IMG/VR virus record: IMGVR_UViG_3300049005_000030
Span: 1-64,000 of that record
Direction: 5' to 3' (one strand)
Length of the DNA: 64,000 bases
Origin: a virus
The notes under the pieces were generated by a model. That model worked only from the letters and a program-made list of their open reading frames with translations, searched no databases and was not told the DNA's origin. A program made the position numbers and the translations under genes. Shown piece by piece: positions 25,901-34,288 of this stretch. How positions within the stretch are numbered: position 1 is the first letter of the stretch; every line of letters begins with the position of its first letter.

Positions 25901-27005
25901 CGTGGTCTACGCCCGCGCTGGCATGACCGTGTTCCCGGCCGGCGTCGGCGCGGCATCCGCCATCGGCGTGGACAAGATCCCGCCCGACACCGGTATGGCC
26001 ATCGCCGACGGGATCGAGCGCAGCTCGTGGAACGGGCAGACCATCCGCTGGGGCGATGGGTACACAGCCGCCACCTCCGACATCAAGAAGGTTATGGAAA
26101 ACCTGCCGCGCGCCAGCGACAAGGTGGGGTACCGGGATCCGATGCTGTCCCCGGCCAAGCTGGCGTTCGCCGGCCAGGTGGCCGACGCCAAGACGCCCCG
26201 CGTGGGCGACATCGAGGCGCTGGAAGCACTGGCCAGCGGATCGGCCTCGCCGAACATGGCGAGCCCGGACGCCATCGGCGGCCTGCATCTACAGGACCGG
26301 GAGAACGCCTACCGGCAGATGGCCGGTGTGCGCGCCCGGGTGTTCTACTCCACCCCGGTCAAGCGGAACGAGCCCGCCGACACCAAGGCAGGCCAGAACC
26401 TGGCGAAGCGGGTGGCCACGGAAATGCGGATCGCCCAGTCGCTCTCGCAGGTCGCTCCGCTGGACGCCTCGCGCCGGCTGAACCGGGTGGCCGACGAGAT
26501 CGACGGCCAGAAGATCACTGAGGCCAACGGCGGTTCCGAGCACAACCCGGCCGCCGAGATGCGGGCGGCGGCCCGCGCGATCGCCGATGCCTACGACGAG
26601 AACAAGGTGACGCCGTTCGGGAAGCTTCGCCGCGCCGGAAATGTCGGTCTGGTCATGCCACGCTCGGCTCCGAAGGTGACGGCCGTTGGCGCGGGTACCT
26701 ACAGCCGTGACGACCGGGCCAAGGCGCTGGGCGAGATGCTGGCCCAGGGGGTCCAGTTCACGCGCGGCGAGGACGGGGCGACCATCGCCCGGTTCGGCGA
26801 CCAGGCTGTGACGACCTCGAACACGCCGGGGCAGTTCACCACCGCGTACGCGGGCGGCAACGGCAAGCCGGTGCAGGGCGGCATCGGGCTCCAGCCGGAC
26901 GGCAGTATCACGATGCGCTGGCAGGACCGGCTCACCCGCACCACGGTTCAGGCCACGATTCCGGCGGGCGGCTGGGATTTCCAGGACTCCACAGCCGAGG
27001 AATAA
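19923..27005 (+). CDS. HK97-type prohead protease fused to about 2150 aa of unknown cargo
   Basis: DEVGDIVTPGAF, LGHDWNRPIG (His), YSIGY (Ser), ELDLYEYGPV; lies before the capsid gene. Confidence 0.85.
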   Translation: MTAPPIPALEYKTLSATLAAPTALNPSDTGDAVVVGYDDAKGTVDAVVAVTGTRDEVGDIVTPGAFKSSIASRHPKMCLGHDWNRPIGWPIDYKELLPGDPGLPAETADGKPWPAEAGGLWTRNQYMLDTQDGRDAYAHAKFYGNKTAYSIGYVVTKSRKALVDGLPTRIIDELDLYEYGPVLHGAHPLATQQSVKTAAPQGIENKVRLVHDAHYWGLPMGTPIHPGMKPRGAKAQKLERAGHAVSETEGAVDIPNDKLRIKPTARGKSKFKPDGALQAQLYGEIMSKIDEGEAPEDFSVDDPNGLNKKEGEYNPLDLMVANGVTPAEMENTLRNANWDDSRVGDSADNQDQINTFVDDVVGVYREKYNAALVQQNGNKDTATVADPADTGTDSAGVEGPTPDVPDTTAPGDANAGDTTAPAAPEATAPDHPQAAPGSTPPAAPAAAPGQPDAPGMSTTKLTTLPKHEAAAAAGSMSDQELAAHDTEMASRATQLGRDGQVSPNHQTVKDEVARRAGNPPQAPAAGPAAPAANAPAPTTAKPPRKLAAKPAAAIGAAKPGSVTQHPTGPDGKPDTTAEPVAKQGLVTDKVPPKMADGLAKAGLAEHTAEPGKMVLTPQGEQHHHAINGTTPPAPNGAPGEQAPTAPTMSTNKLASLNKQDVATAVGAMSDHELAGHDQELASRASQLGKPGQVTPNHQAVKDEIAQRPAPAPGGIPPTAAVGAPGMAPAVPGASAVPGEPAHANAVAAETLRTLPRDASGRVDLVNAPTSLVQTMRQAGIDDSGGAEQDEQSFTRALDALDQQYGQDPAMAHALTTARGFVTGEQPGARVIQKQAAADAKQLQTDETPVGDRADAARVLASALNKSGMAYMSDPSGNVRDSRPIPNALSKYAQALVSYHGALPPAKVAKPSGAPDYTPTGDASRLGELTDSQLAAEVGHAQGKLDEITKADPRRESGQHADAKLKLDAFQGEHSRRQQAGETRPDETAPDASGGTPPNPEAVSATSTQDGQPAAVPNAANETGIPGTPAAPPATPHSDTVPTPQEAAQITADEQGDVQDIGDSAQGVVESDDGEFEVEPDIAERQDRIATLLGQSDSGNLDLGSQNDDQLRSTRGDIVGEIQLQRYLDNRNRQRANPQPTTPEPPHAPEGAAPAQGTVDGHTPGTQATPGAPVPAVPAESGPPPQRPGVAGAAEDFADALESGDSEKIDAARARLASSLRRSKTDAASVGAMRELASGEGDPSAEDLRAGAQTVRTEVRERRNTQARSRRTARRFERDHLRNLLHQVEGEMDRRNMRYDPVAPESGDGAAASGTWRTELRKHSWSNLGFQEDHLSGANFTAMVSTPVDAKNNPTAGANYTWKTIDNDGNTITQGNGTVDNATGARDAIVTALKAQQALGNLPADAGVPEPSTPQTSSARTHADVAAAVSQMQERLSTAERAVNPITGARDPLGKRPTLTPPARPAFTSPDQVRQHLATLAADGSQTRQLIARRAVNVQWDNVQLTPGGGLMVVTVAGEKDPQLWHTGSGRSAMSLIYRGSGGASRLSAPDLLRAGTLMESLPDDNGHTVDFSRSDDNSVMTSTSDYTVGDRSGVDAFARNVMSALVAEKIKNGQWGSPVVRGMSSDVAPFSPGSNHTRAGYVQQNRDALTTMLSNSLTGRRVKPTGEDADTLNVATAAQTLTNLGAPDAAAVLLRRRAAEVRATFGGEADAHGASTLDNLAAGHLSTYSPVLSPGERLLSITQGERVTVADPDGNARSYRVLSPPRTGTFPAYRTATVMDESTGETGVLTVANNAAEQPQMTISPSADLPAMVRIDLHSPTFTVTGADEPAPANADEVRANAMAEVDAIPHEVLDAAAAALPSTNTETAARRALPADQRPPRRTSPRAVPKTAPEAKPGTPVAGEQHLAATQASTLSSWVGAEHTLSDSAPAGGFDSLASWREWAREAASDPNTPPKVQQGLTNALLNDDYLEANGARLSPGGHMIVFGKNGHVVYARAGMTVFPAGVGAASAIGVDKIPPDTGMAIADGIERSSWNGQTIRWGDGYTAATSDIKKVMENLPRASDKVGYRDPMLSPAKLAFAGQVADAKTPRVGDIEALEALASGSASPNMASPDAIGGLHLQDRENAYRQMAGVRARVFYSTPVKRNEPADTKAGQNLAKRVATEMRIAQSLSQVAPLDASRRLNRVADEIDGQKITEANGGSEHNPAAEMRAAARAIADAYDENKVTPFGKLRRAGNVGLVMPRSAPKVTAVGAGTYSRDDRAKALGEMLAQGVQFTRGEDGATIARFGDQAVTTSNTPGQFTTAYAGGNGKPVQGGIGLQPDGSITMRWQDRLTRTTVQATIPAGGWDFQDSTAEE

Positions 27006-27161
27006 AAGCCGATAATAGCGCGGCTAACAATTCAATAATTGGGCGACACGCCGGGCGGCTACGAAAGCGCCCGGCGTTTCCCGTCTAATCTGCCCCTTAG
27101 CGCGCTTGGTACTGACCGGCGCGGAGTAGCCGTATCCCTCCGTGTTGAGAGGACACACACC

Positions 27162-28487
27162 GTGTCGACCATTGCCAAGGAACGCGACTCGCTGCGCAAG
27201 GTGCTCACCGAGAAGAAGGCACTACTGGACCAGATCGAGACCAAGGGACTGAAGGACGAGACCGGCAACGGCCACTACGTCATCAGCGCCGAGGCCGCTG
27301 GCGAGTTCCGCAAGGTCATCGGCGAGTGCAAGGACATCAAGGCCCGGCTGGGCGAGCTCGGCGAGTACGCCGAGATCGACGCCTACCTGAACAACCCGGG
27401 CGCCGAGTCCAAGGCCGCCCAGATCCCGGTGCAGCGCGGCATGATGGAGCGCAAGAGCATCGGCCAGCGGTTCACCGAGTCCGCCGAGTTCAAGGACCGC
27501 AGCTCCACCGGCGTCATGCACACCGCCTTCGAGCTCGGCGAGGACCTGACCTCCCTGGAACGCAAGGACATCTACACCGCCGCCGGTGGCACCCTGACCC
27601 GCTTCGGCTTCGGCACGGTCGAGCAGGAGCCGGTTGTCCAGCGGCCCTACCGCACCGACCGGGTGCGCGACCTGTTCCCGCAGGCCAACACCAACGCCAA
27701 CCTGATCGAGTACATGCGCGTCCTGGGCTACCTGGACGGCAACAACAACGCCGCGCCGGTCGCCGAACGCGACGCCGGTAGCCCGCAGAACTTCGGCCTC
27801 AAGCCCCAGACCAAGCTGAAGTTCCAGCCGGCCCAGTCCCCGATCCGGACCCTGGCCCACTGGGAAGTCGCGCACCGCAACACCCTCGATGACGAACCGA
27901 TGTTGCGTTCGATCATCGACAACGAACTGCTCTACGGCCTGCGGCTGGTCGAGGATGACCAGTTCCTCAACGGCGACGGCACCGGCGAGAACCTGCTGGG
28001 CATCCTGCGCACCCCCGGCGTGCAGGACTACCCCGGTTTCCCGCTGCCCAGCCCGTCGCCGGTGCAGGCCCTGGACACCCAGATCGACGCGGTGCGCCGC
28101 GCGGCCACCCGCGTCATGCTCGCCTACTACTCCCCGACCGGCGCCGTGGTCCACCCGTACGACTGGGAGACCATGGAGACCACCAAGACGACCCAGGGCC
28201 AGTACGTGATCGCCCTGAACGTCGCGGTGGGCGCGGAGAAGCGGATCTGGCAGATGCCGGTCGTGGCCTCCCCCGCCATGCAGCAGGGCGTGGGCCTGGT
28301 CGGCGCGTTCGGCCTCGGCGCGAAGATCTACGACCGCCAGCAGTCCAACATCCGCGTGGCCGAGCAGCACGAGGACCTGTTCATCCGCAACGCGGTGCTG
28401 ATCCTGGCCGAGCAGCGGGTGGGCCTGACCGTGTCCCGCCCGGAGTCGTTCGTCAAGATCGACCTGGTGGCGGGCGTCCACAGCTGA
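27162..28487 (+). CDS. major capsid protein (HK97 fold, with delta domain)
   Basis: VRDLFP, IRTLAHW, EDDQFLNGDGTGENLLGI, FIRNAVLILAEQR, RPESFV; GAGAGGA RBS before GTG 27162. Confidence 0.95.
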   Translation: MSTIAKERDSLRKVLTEKKALLDQIETKGLKDETGNGHYVISAEAAGEFRKVIGECKDIKARLGELGEYAEIDAYLNNPGAESKAAQIPVQRGMMERKSIGQRFTESAEFKDRSSTGVMHTAFELGEDLTSLERKDIYTAAGGTLTRFGFGTVEQEPVVQRPYRTDRVRDLFPQANTNANLIEYMRVLGYLDGNNNAAPVAERDAGSPQNFGLKPQTKLKFQPAQSPIRTLAHWEVAHRNTLDDEPMLRSIIDNELLYGLRLVEDDQFLNGDGTGENLLGILRTPGVQDYPGFPLPSPSPVQALDTQIDAVRRAATRVMLAYYSPTGAVVHPYDWETMETTKTTQGQYVIALNVAVGAEKRIWQMPVVASPAMQQGVGLVGAFGLGAKIYDRQQSNIRVAEQHEDLFIRNAVLILAEQRVGLTVSRPESFVKIDLVAGVHS

Positions 28488-28499
28488 CCGAGCACGACA

Positions 28500-28530
28500 C
28501 GACGGCCCCCGCCGGGTGCGGGGGCCGTCG
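28500..28530 (+). terminator. terminator after capsid gene
   Basis: cgacggcccccgc / gcgggggccgtcg. Confidence 0.75.
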
Positions 28531-28555
28531 CACGTCCCGACCTACCCTGAACCGC

Positions 28556-29008
28556 ATGGCCCAGCAGAGAAACCCCGACAGCGCGGCACTGAAGAACCGC
28601 CGCACCGCAGCCGCCAACGCGAACACCCCGCCAGCTGAACCGCCACTGGCCGACGTCCCCGTCTCCATCGGCGAAGAGGCGGCACGCCGGTACCCCGTCC
28701 TGTTCGACCCGCGCGAACCCGCGTTCCAGCCGGTCGAGGCGTCAGGGTTCGCACCGCCCGGGATCGTCGACGACCGGTACGTCATCGCGCCGTGCGACGC
28801 CAGCGAGCACATCTACCCGCCCGGCTGCCGCACGCCGGTCACGCGCAGCCTGTGGCGCGCCGGCCAGCACGTGCCCCGGCACGTGTTCGAGGCGTGGGAG
28901 GTCCGACAGCAGGCGCTAGCCGAGGACCAGGCCGAGGCCGAGACGCCGCCCGTCCCGCAGCCGGAACCGTCGGCCGACACCACGACCGTCGCGCCCGCCA
29001 CGTCCTGA
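28556..29008 (+). CDS. hypothetical head-associated protein
   Basis: 150 aa, follows capsid gene. Confidence 0.7.
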   Translation: MAQQRNPDSAALKNRRTAAANANTPPAEPPLADVPVSIGEEAARRYPVLFDPREPAFQPVEASGFAPPGIVDDRYVIAPCDASEHIYPPGCRTPVTRSLWRAGQHVPRHVFEAWEVRQQALAEDQAEAETPPVPQPEPSADTTTVAPATS

Positions 29009-29057
29009 CCGGCGCGCCCACCCGGGCTGGTCCGCGCCCTGTGCGACGATCACGGCC

Positions 29058-29531
29058 GTGAGCGTGCGCCGCGACAGACTGGTGATTCCCCAGGGCAGTT
29101 ACTGGGAAGCCAGCTGGCGCGTGCGCGACGCGGCCGGCGCCCCCGTGACCGACCTGTCCGGGTGGAGCGTGCGTGGCCAAATCCGAGCCACTGTCGATTC
29201 CGACGTGGTGTTGTACGAGTGGAGTGTTGCCGCCGGCAACGCCGCCCTGTATGCCCCGTTCGTCAGCCTGATCGTGTTCGACACCGACTCGGACGCCTGG
29301 ACGTGGCAGGACGGTGTGTACGACATCGAGGTCACCGATCCGGGCGCGCGGGTCTACCGGCTGGCGGAAGGTGACGTGTTCGTCTCCCGCGAGGTGACCC
29401 GCGACCCCGGCCGCACCCCGGCCGCCGCACTGTGGACCGGTTCCGGTGCACCCAGCGGCATCGTCGGAGCCGTAGCCGGCGACGACTACCTGGACACCGC
29501 CAGCGGCGACATCTACACGTTGGAGGCGTGA
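29058..29531 (+). CDS. virion structural protein (BppU-N-like adaptor)
   Basis: LVIPQG...DLSGWSVRGQIR...GVYDIEV...RLAEG. Confidence 0.65.
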   Translation: MSVRRDRLVIPQGSYWEASWRVRDAAGAPVTDLSGWSVRGQIRATVDSDVVLYEWSVAAGNAALYAPFVSLIVFDTDSDAWTWQDGVYDIEVTDPGARVYRLAEGDVFVSREVTRDPGRTPAAALWTGSGAPSGIVGAVAGDDYLDTASGDIYTLEA

Positions 29532-29533
29532 CC

Positions 29534-31096
29534 ATGACGGCCACGTGGGTCAAGGTCGGCAACATCAAGGGCCCGGCGGGCGACCCCGGACCACCCGGTG
29601 GCGGGCCCGCCACCCCGACCGTGCTCGGTGGCGTCAAGCTGGCCGGCGACCTGACCGGCGACGCCAACGCGCCCACCGTTGTCGGGCTGGCCAACAAGTA
29701 CGTCAAGCCCGGCCCCGGTATCCCGTACGCCGACCTGGTGACCGCCGTACGCGCCAGCCTGGACAAGGCCGACTCGGCGGTGCAGCCGGCCGGCCTGACC
29801 ACAGCGCTGTCGACCAAGGCCGATCTGGTGCACGTCCACGTCCAGTCCGACGTCACCGGGCTGGTCACGGCACTGGCGGCCAAGGCTGATGTGTCGGCCC
29901 TGGTCACCAAGGCGGACCTGGTCGGCGGCACCGTTCCGCAAGCCCAGATACCGGCCATCGCCATCACCGAGTTCCTGGGCGCGCCCGCCAGCCAGTCCGC
30001 GATGCTCGCGCTGACCGGCCAACGTGGCGACTGGTGCACGCGCAGCGACACCGGCACCAACTGGCAGCTGATCGCCGACGATGCCAGCCAGCTGAGCAAC
30101 TGGCGTGAGCACACATACCCGGCCTCGCCGGTGAGCAGCGTCGCCGGCCGCACCGGCACGGTCGTGCTCGCGCGCGGCGACGTCGGACTGGGCGCCGTCG
30201 ACAACACCGCCGATGTGGACAAGCCGGTGTCGACGGCGCAGGCCACCGCCATCACCGCGAAGTACACCAAGCCCGGAACCGGCATTCCGGCCACCGACTT
30301 CGCGGCCGCCGTGCAGACCAGCCTGGGCCGGGCGGACACGGCGCTGCAATCCGCGCCGGTCACCAGCGTGGCCACCAAGACGGGCGCGGTCACCCTGGCC
30401 AAGGGCGACGTCGGGCTGGGCAACGTCGACAACACCGCCGACACGGCCAAGCCGATCAGCACCGCCACCCAGGCCGCGCTCGACCTCAAGGCCGCCTTGA
30501 CCGTCACCGACGGGCTGAACACCCGCCTGACCGTCGTGGAGGCCAAGCCGTCGCTGCCCAGCTCGGTCTACCCGGCTTCGGCCTACGGGTTTTTCACCGC
30601 CTCGGCCAACCTCGACTCGTTCGGCAAGGACCCGAGCTCGGCCAACGAAGCGTTCTTCGCCCGGATTTTCGTGCCCGCAGGCAAGGCCATCAGCGCCATA
30701 GCCGCCTACGTGGTCGCCGCCGGCACGTTCGGCGGCACCCCCGCCCTGAACGGCTTCTCGATCTTCGCCGACGACGGCCAGACCCAGCTCTACACCTCAC
30801 CCAACGACGACACCATGTGGCAGGCGGCCGGCTGGGTCGTCAAAACCCTGGGGTCCCCGATCCCGGCGCAGGGCGCCGACCGGTTCGTCTACGCGGGCAA
30901 GTCCGTGCGCGGCTACAGCGTGCAGCCCAGCATGGCCTACCTGGTGTTGCCGGCCACCATGACCGAGGGCGGCGGCAACGGCGTGAGCAACCGTCGCGCC
31001 TTCTACAACACGATCTCGGCGTGGCCGGCCACATTCACTCCCAGCACCTACGGGAACGCCTCCGCTGGCTACATCCCGTGCATCGCGCTGGGCTGA
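29534..31096 (+). CDS. fibre protein with internal repeats
   Basis: duplicated KYxKPGxGIP...Q and VxSVAxxTGxVxLxxGDVGLGxVDNTAD units. Confidence 0.75.
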   Translation: MTATWVKVGNIKGPAGDPGPPGGGPATPTVLGGVKLAGDLTGDANAPTVVGLANKYVKPGPGIPYADLVTAVRASLDKADSAVQPAGLTTALSTKADLVHVHVQSDVTGLVTALAAKADVSALVTKADLVGGTVPQAQIPAIAITEFLGAPASQSAMLALTGQRGDWCTRSDTGTNWQLIADDASQLSNWREHTYPASPVSSVAGRTGTVVLARGDVGLGAVDNTADVDKPVSTAQATAITAKYTKPGTGIPATDFAAAVQTSLGRADTALQSAPVTSVATKTGAVTLAKGDVGLGNVDNTADTAKPISTATQAALDLKAALTVTDGLNTRLTVVEAKPSLPSSVYPASAYGFFTASANLDSFGKDPSSANEAFFARIFVPAGKAISAIAAYVVAAGTFGGTPALNGFSIFADDGQTQLYTSPNDDTMWQAAGWVVKTLGSPIPAQGADRFVYAGKSVRGYSVQPSMAYLVLPATMTEGGGNGVSNRRAFYNTISAWPATFTPSTYGNASAGYIPCIALG

Positions 31097-31139
31097 CCAG
31101 GGGTTTCGCGACAACTGCGAGAGAGAGAAGGGAAATCCA

Positions 31140-31481
31140 GTGGCATTCACGAACAACGCTAAGAATGCTGCGGTGGACGGTATCGCGGCTGCCGCGACCT
31201 ACATTTCACTGCACACCGCCGACCCGGGCACGACCGGCACCAGCGAGGTTTCCGGCGGGTCGTATGCCCGCGTGCAGACCACGTGGGCGGCCGCGTCCGG
31301 CGGTTCCCGCGCGGGCAGCCAGGCCGTGATCAACGTCCCGGCGTCCACGACCATCACCCACTGGGGCATCTGGTCGGCCAGCACCGCCGGCAACTTCCAT
31401 TTCGGCGGCACGCTGCCCGCCTCCGAGACCTACGGATCGGCCGGCACCTACGGCCTGACCCCGACGATCACGGTGTCCTGA
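31140..31481 (+). CDS. small virion structural protein
   Basis: YISLHTADPG..G.SEVSGGSYARV, TITHWGIW. Confidence 0.75.
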   Translation: MAFTNNAKNAAVDGIAAAATYISLHTADPGTTGTSEVSGGSYARVQTTWAAASGGSRAGSQAVINVPASTTITHWGIWSASTAGNFHFGGTLPASETYGSAGTYGLTPTITVS

Positions 31482-31699
31482 TGGCGACCACGGCGAAGGT
31501 GACGGTGGCCCGCAAGGACCCGGCGGGCAGCGGTGAGACGGATCTGGTGTTCTCGGCCGACTACGCGGACGGCCGGAACAAGGAGTGGGCCAAGTACACG
31601 CCCAGCCTCGACCTGCGGATGCGTGTGCTGGACAGCGTGGCCGAGCAGTTCTCCCTCGGTCAGGCTTTCCTGCTGACCTTCGAGCCTGCGGACGAGTGA
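31481..31699 (+). CDS. hypothetical protein
   Basis: TGATG coupling; NKEWAKYTPS motif. Confidence 0.7.
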   Translation: MATTAKVTVARKDPAGSGETDLVFSADYADGRNKEWAKYTPSLDLRMRVLDSVAEQFSLGQAFLLTFEPADE

Positions 31700-31938
31700 G
31701 CGTGGTCGACAACCAGCACCGGAAGATCACTGGCTACCGGGACGCCCCGGACGGCGACATTCAGATGGTCAACCGCATCAAGGCCATGGAGATCTCGGTG
31801 GCCGCGCTGCACGCCGAGGTGCGCAGCACGTACGGGGCGAGCCACGTGCTCGGCCGGGCCGCCGACCAGCTCTCGCTCGGCTTCAGCGACATGGTCCGCG
31901 CGGTGATGAAGCCGCAGGATCCGTTCATCATCGACTAG
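31696..31938 (+). CDS. acb2: Acb2/Vs.4-like cyclic oligonucleotide sponge (anti-CBASS)
   Basis: DNQHRKITGYRD...MVNRIK...GFSDMVRAVMKP resembles Acb2 MDNQHKKIKGYRD...MMNRVK...IIRAIAQP as recalled. Confidence 0.8.
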   Translation: MSVVDNQHRKITGYRDAPDGDIQMVNRIKAMEISVAALHAEVRSTYGASHVLGRAADQLSLGFSDMVRAVMKPQDPFIID

Positions 31939-31948
31939 GAGGTGAGAC

Positions 31949-34288
31949 GTGGCGGTATCGGTTCGATCGTCGACAGTGGCGACCGGTGACGCTGTCGCCA
32001 CGATCACCGTTGCCAAGCCGTCCGGCACCGTGTCGGGCGACCTGCTGGTGTTGTTCCAGTTCTGCGACCCCGATGTGACCCCGGCCAACATGACCGCGAC
32101 CGGGTTCACCCAGTCCGGCACGACCAAGACGGTCACCGGCGTGTCCACGTCAAAGGTCTGGACCAAGGTGGCGGGCGGCAGCGAGCCGTCCACCTACACC
32201 TTCGGCATGGACGTCAACACCTCCGGTGTCTACATCCTCGTGTGCGTCACCGGCCAGGACGCCACCACGCCGGTCAATATCGCGCCGACCTGGGGTAGCT
32301 CCACCACCGCCGCCCAGACCAACCATGTCGCGCCGGCCATCTCCCCCACCGTGATCAACACCTTGTTGCTGTGCGGCTTCACTAGCGGTTCATCCACCAC
32401 CGCGTCCTACACGCCGGCCAGCGGCATGACCGAGCTGCAAGACGCCTGGTCGAACTTCGAATTCGCCTCGGTCGACTCCCAGGCGCTGACCGCCACCGGA
32501 ACGACCGGGACCCGCACCGCCGTGGCCACCTCCGGCGGAAACGGCTGGATCGCGGTCAGCCTCGCCATCGCGCCCAGCACCAGCGCCACCTTTACCGGCT
32601 CCCCCTCGGCCACCGGCACCGCCAGTGCGACCCTGACCGGGGCCAAGAAGGTCGTCAGCAGCCAGTCACCCGGCCTGACCGCCTCGGCCACCCCGGTCGG
32701 CGCGAAAGCCGTCACCGGCACGCGCACAGCCTCGGCCACCGCCTCGGCCACCCTGACCGGCGGCAAAACCGAGACCGCCACCCTCTCGGCCACCGCCACC
32801 GCCTCGGCCAGCCGCACCGGCGTGCACGCTGGACACGGCGAGCCCGTCGCGACCGGACTCACCCTCGGCGCGAGCGTGACCGCCGGCCGGCTGTCCACCA
32901 CCGCCGCCGCGACCGCTGTCGCCACCGCCTCAGCCAGCCTTACCGGCACGCACACCACCGCCCGCACCACCACGGCCGCCGCGACGCTCGCGGCCACCGC
33001 CGCCGTCACCCGGGCCCAGGCCGGCGCGGCCACCGCCACCGCCACCGCAGGCGCGAGCGACACCGTGATCCGGACGCAGGTCTCCGCGCCGAGCGCGGCC
33101 ACCGCAACCCTGTCGGCAGCGGCAACCGGCGGCCTCGCGTTCGTCGGCTCCCCCAGCGCGGCCGCCACCCTGTCCGCCTCGGCCGTGGCCGGCAAGGTCG
33201 CCGCCGGCAGCCCGGCCGCCGCCACCGCCACCCTGGGCGCGTCCGCGATCGGCGCGGCGCAGCGCGGCGGCACGGTCACCGCGAGCGGACTCACCCTCGG
33301 CGCGTCCGCCGTCGCGGGCCGGCTGTCCACCACCGCCGTCGCCACCGCCGTCGCGACGCTCGCGGCCGGCGCCGCCGTCATTCGGGTCCAGACCGGCGCG
33401 GCCACCGCTGTCGCGACGCTCGCGGCCGGCCGGACCGGCATCCGAGCCCAGGTCGTCACCCGGGGAGGGGTGGCCACCCTCGGCGCGTCGTCCAGTGCGA
33501 CGAAATCGACATCCGTCGTGGCAACCGCCACCGCTGTCGCCACCGCTGTCGCCGTCGGATCGAAGGCGCCGGCCGATGTCGCCGTGACGGCCGCCGCGAC
33601 GCTTTCGGCCGGCGCGGTCGGGGTCAAGCGGATCGTCGGGGCCGGCACCGCCGCCGCGACGCTTTCGGCCGGCGCGACCGGCCTGCATCGTACCGGCGTG
33701 ATCGTGGCGGCCAACTCGATCGCGGCCGCCGCCTCGGCCGCCGGCATCAAGGCCACCGGGCGCGCGGCGACCGCCGGGGCCGTGCTGGCCGCCGTCGCCA
33801 CCGTCGTCAAGGCGGTCGTGGTCACGCGCGCCGCCAACGGCGTCGCGCTCTCGGCTACGCGGGTCGTGACGGGCAAGGCCGTGCCGGTGTCGAGGACGGC
33901 CGCCGGCATCGCAGCCGGCGCCTCGGCGGTGGTACGCACGGGGCGACTTGGCGCGCCGAGCGCGGCGGCGGTAATCACGGTGACCCGGTCGACGGTCGGC
34001 CGGCGATTCGGCGTGCGCACCGCCACCGCCACCGCGTCGGCCGCCAGCGCCGTCGACCAGAAGGCCGTCGCCACACGAGTCGTCGCCGCCGCGATGGCCA
34101 CAGCCAGAGCGGCCACCGTCACGCACCGGCCGGGCGGACCGGCCACCGCGCACGCCGCGCTGACGGCCACGATGCGCACGCGCAACATCACCGCGTGGCC
34201 GCCTCAGGCCACCGAGCCCCCGCAGGTCAGCACCGGCGTGCACGCTGACAAGCCAGTGATCAACGCACGACCGGGAGCGGGCACATGA
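31949..34288 (+). CDS. Ala/Thr-rich repetitive virion protein
   Basis: globular N-terminal domain, then about 550 aa of A/T/G/V-rich repeats. Confidence 0.75.
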   Translation: MAVSVRSSTVATGDAVATITVAKPSGTVSGDLLVLFQFCDPDVTPANMTATGFTQSGTTKTVTGVSTSKVWTKVAGGSEPSTYTFGMDVNTSGVYILVCVTGQDATTPVNIAPTWGSSTTAAQTNHVAPAISPTVINTLLLCGFTSGSSTTASYTPASGMTELQDAWSNFEFASVDSQALTATGTTGTRTAVATSGGNGWIAVSLAIAPSTSATFTGSPSATGTASATLTGAKKVVSSQSPGLTASATPVGAKAVTGTRTASATASATLTGGKTETATLSATATASASRTGVHAGHGEPVATGLTLGASVTAGRLSTTAAATAVATASASLTGTHTTARTTTAAATLAATAAVTRAQAGAATATATAGASDTVIRTQVSAPSAATATLSAAATGGLAFVGSPSAAATLSASAVAGKVAAGSPAAATATLGASAIGAAQRGGTVTASGLTLGASAVAGRLSTTAVATAVATLAAGAAVIRVQTGAATAVATLAAGRTGIRAQVVTRGGVATLGASSSATKSTSVVATATAVATAVAVGSKAPADVAVTAAATLSAGAVGVKRIVGAGTAAATLSAGATGLHRTGVIVAANSIAAAASAAGIKATGRAATAGAVLAAVATVVKAVVVTRAANGVALSATRVVTGKAVPVSRTAAGIAAGASAVVRTGRLGAPSAAAVITVTRSTVGRRFGVRTATATASAASAVDQKAVATRVVAAAMATARAATVTHRPGGPATAHAALTATMRTRNITAWPPQATEPPQVSTGVHADKPVINARPGAGT

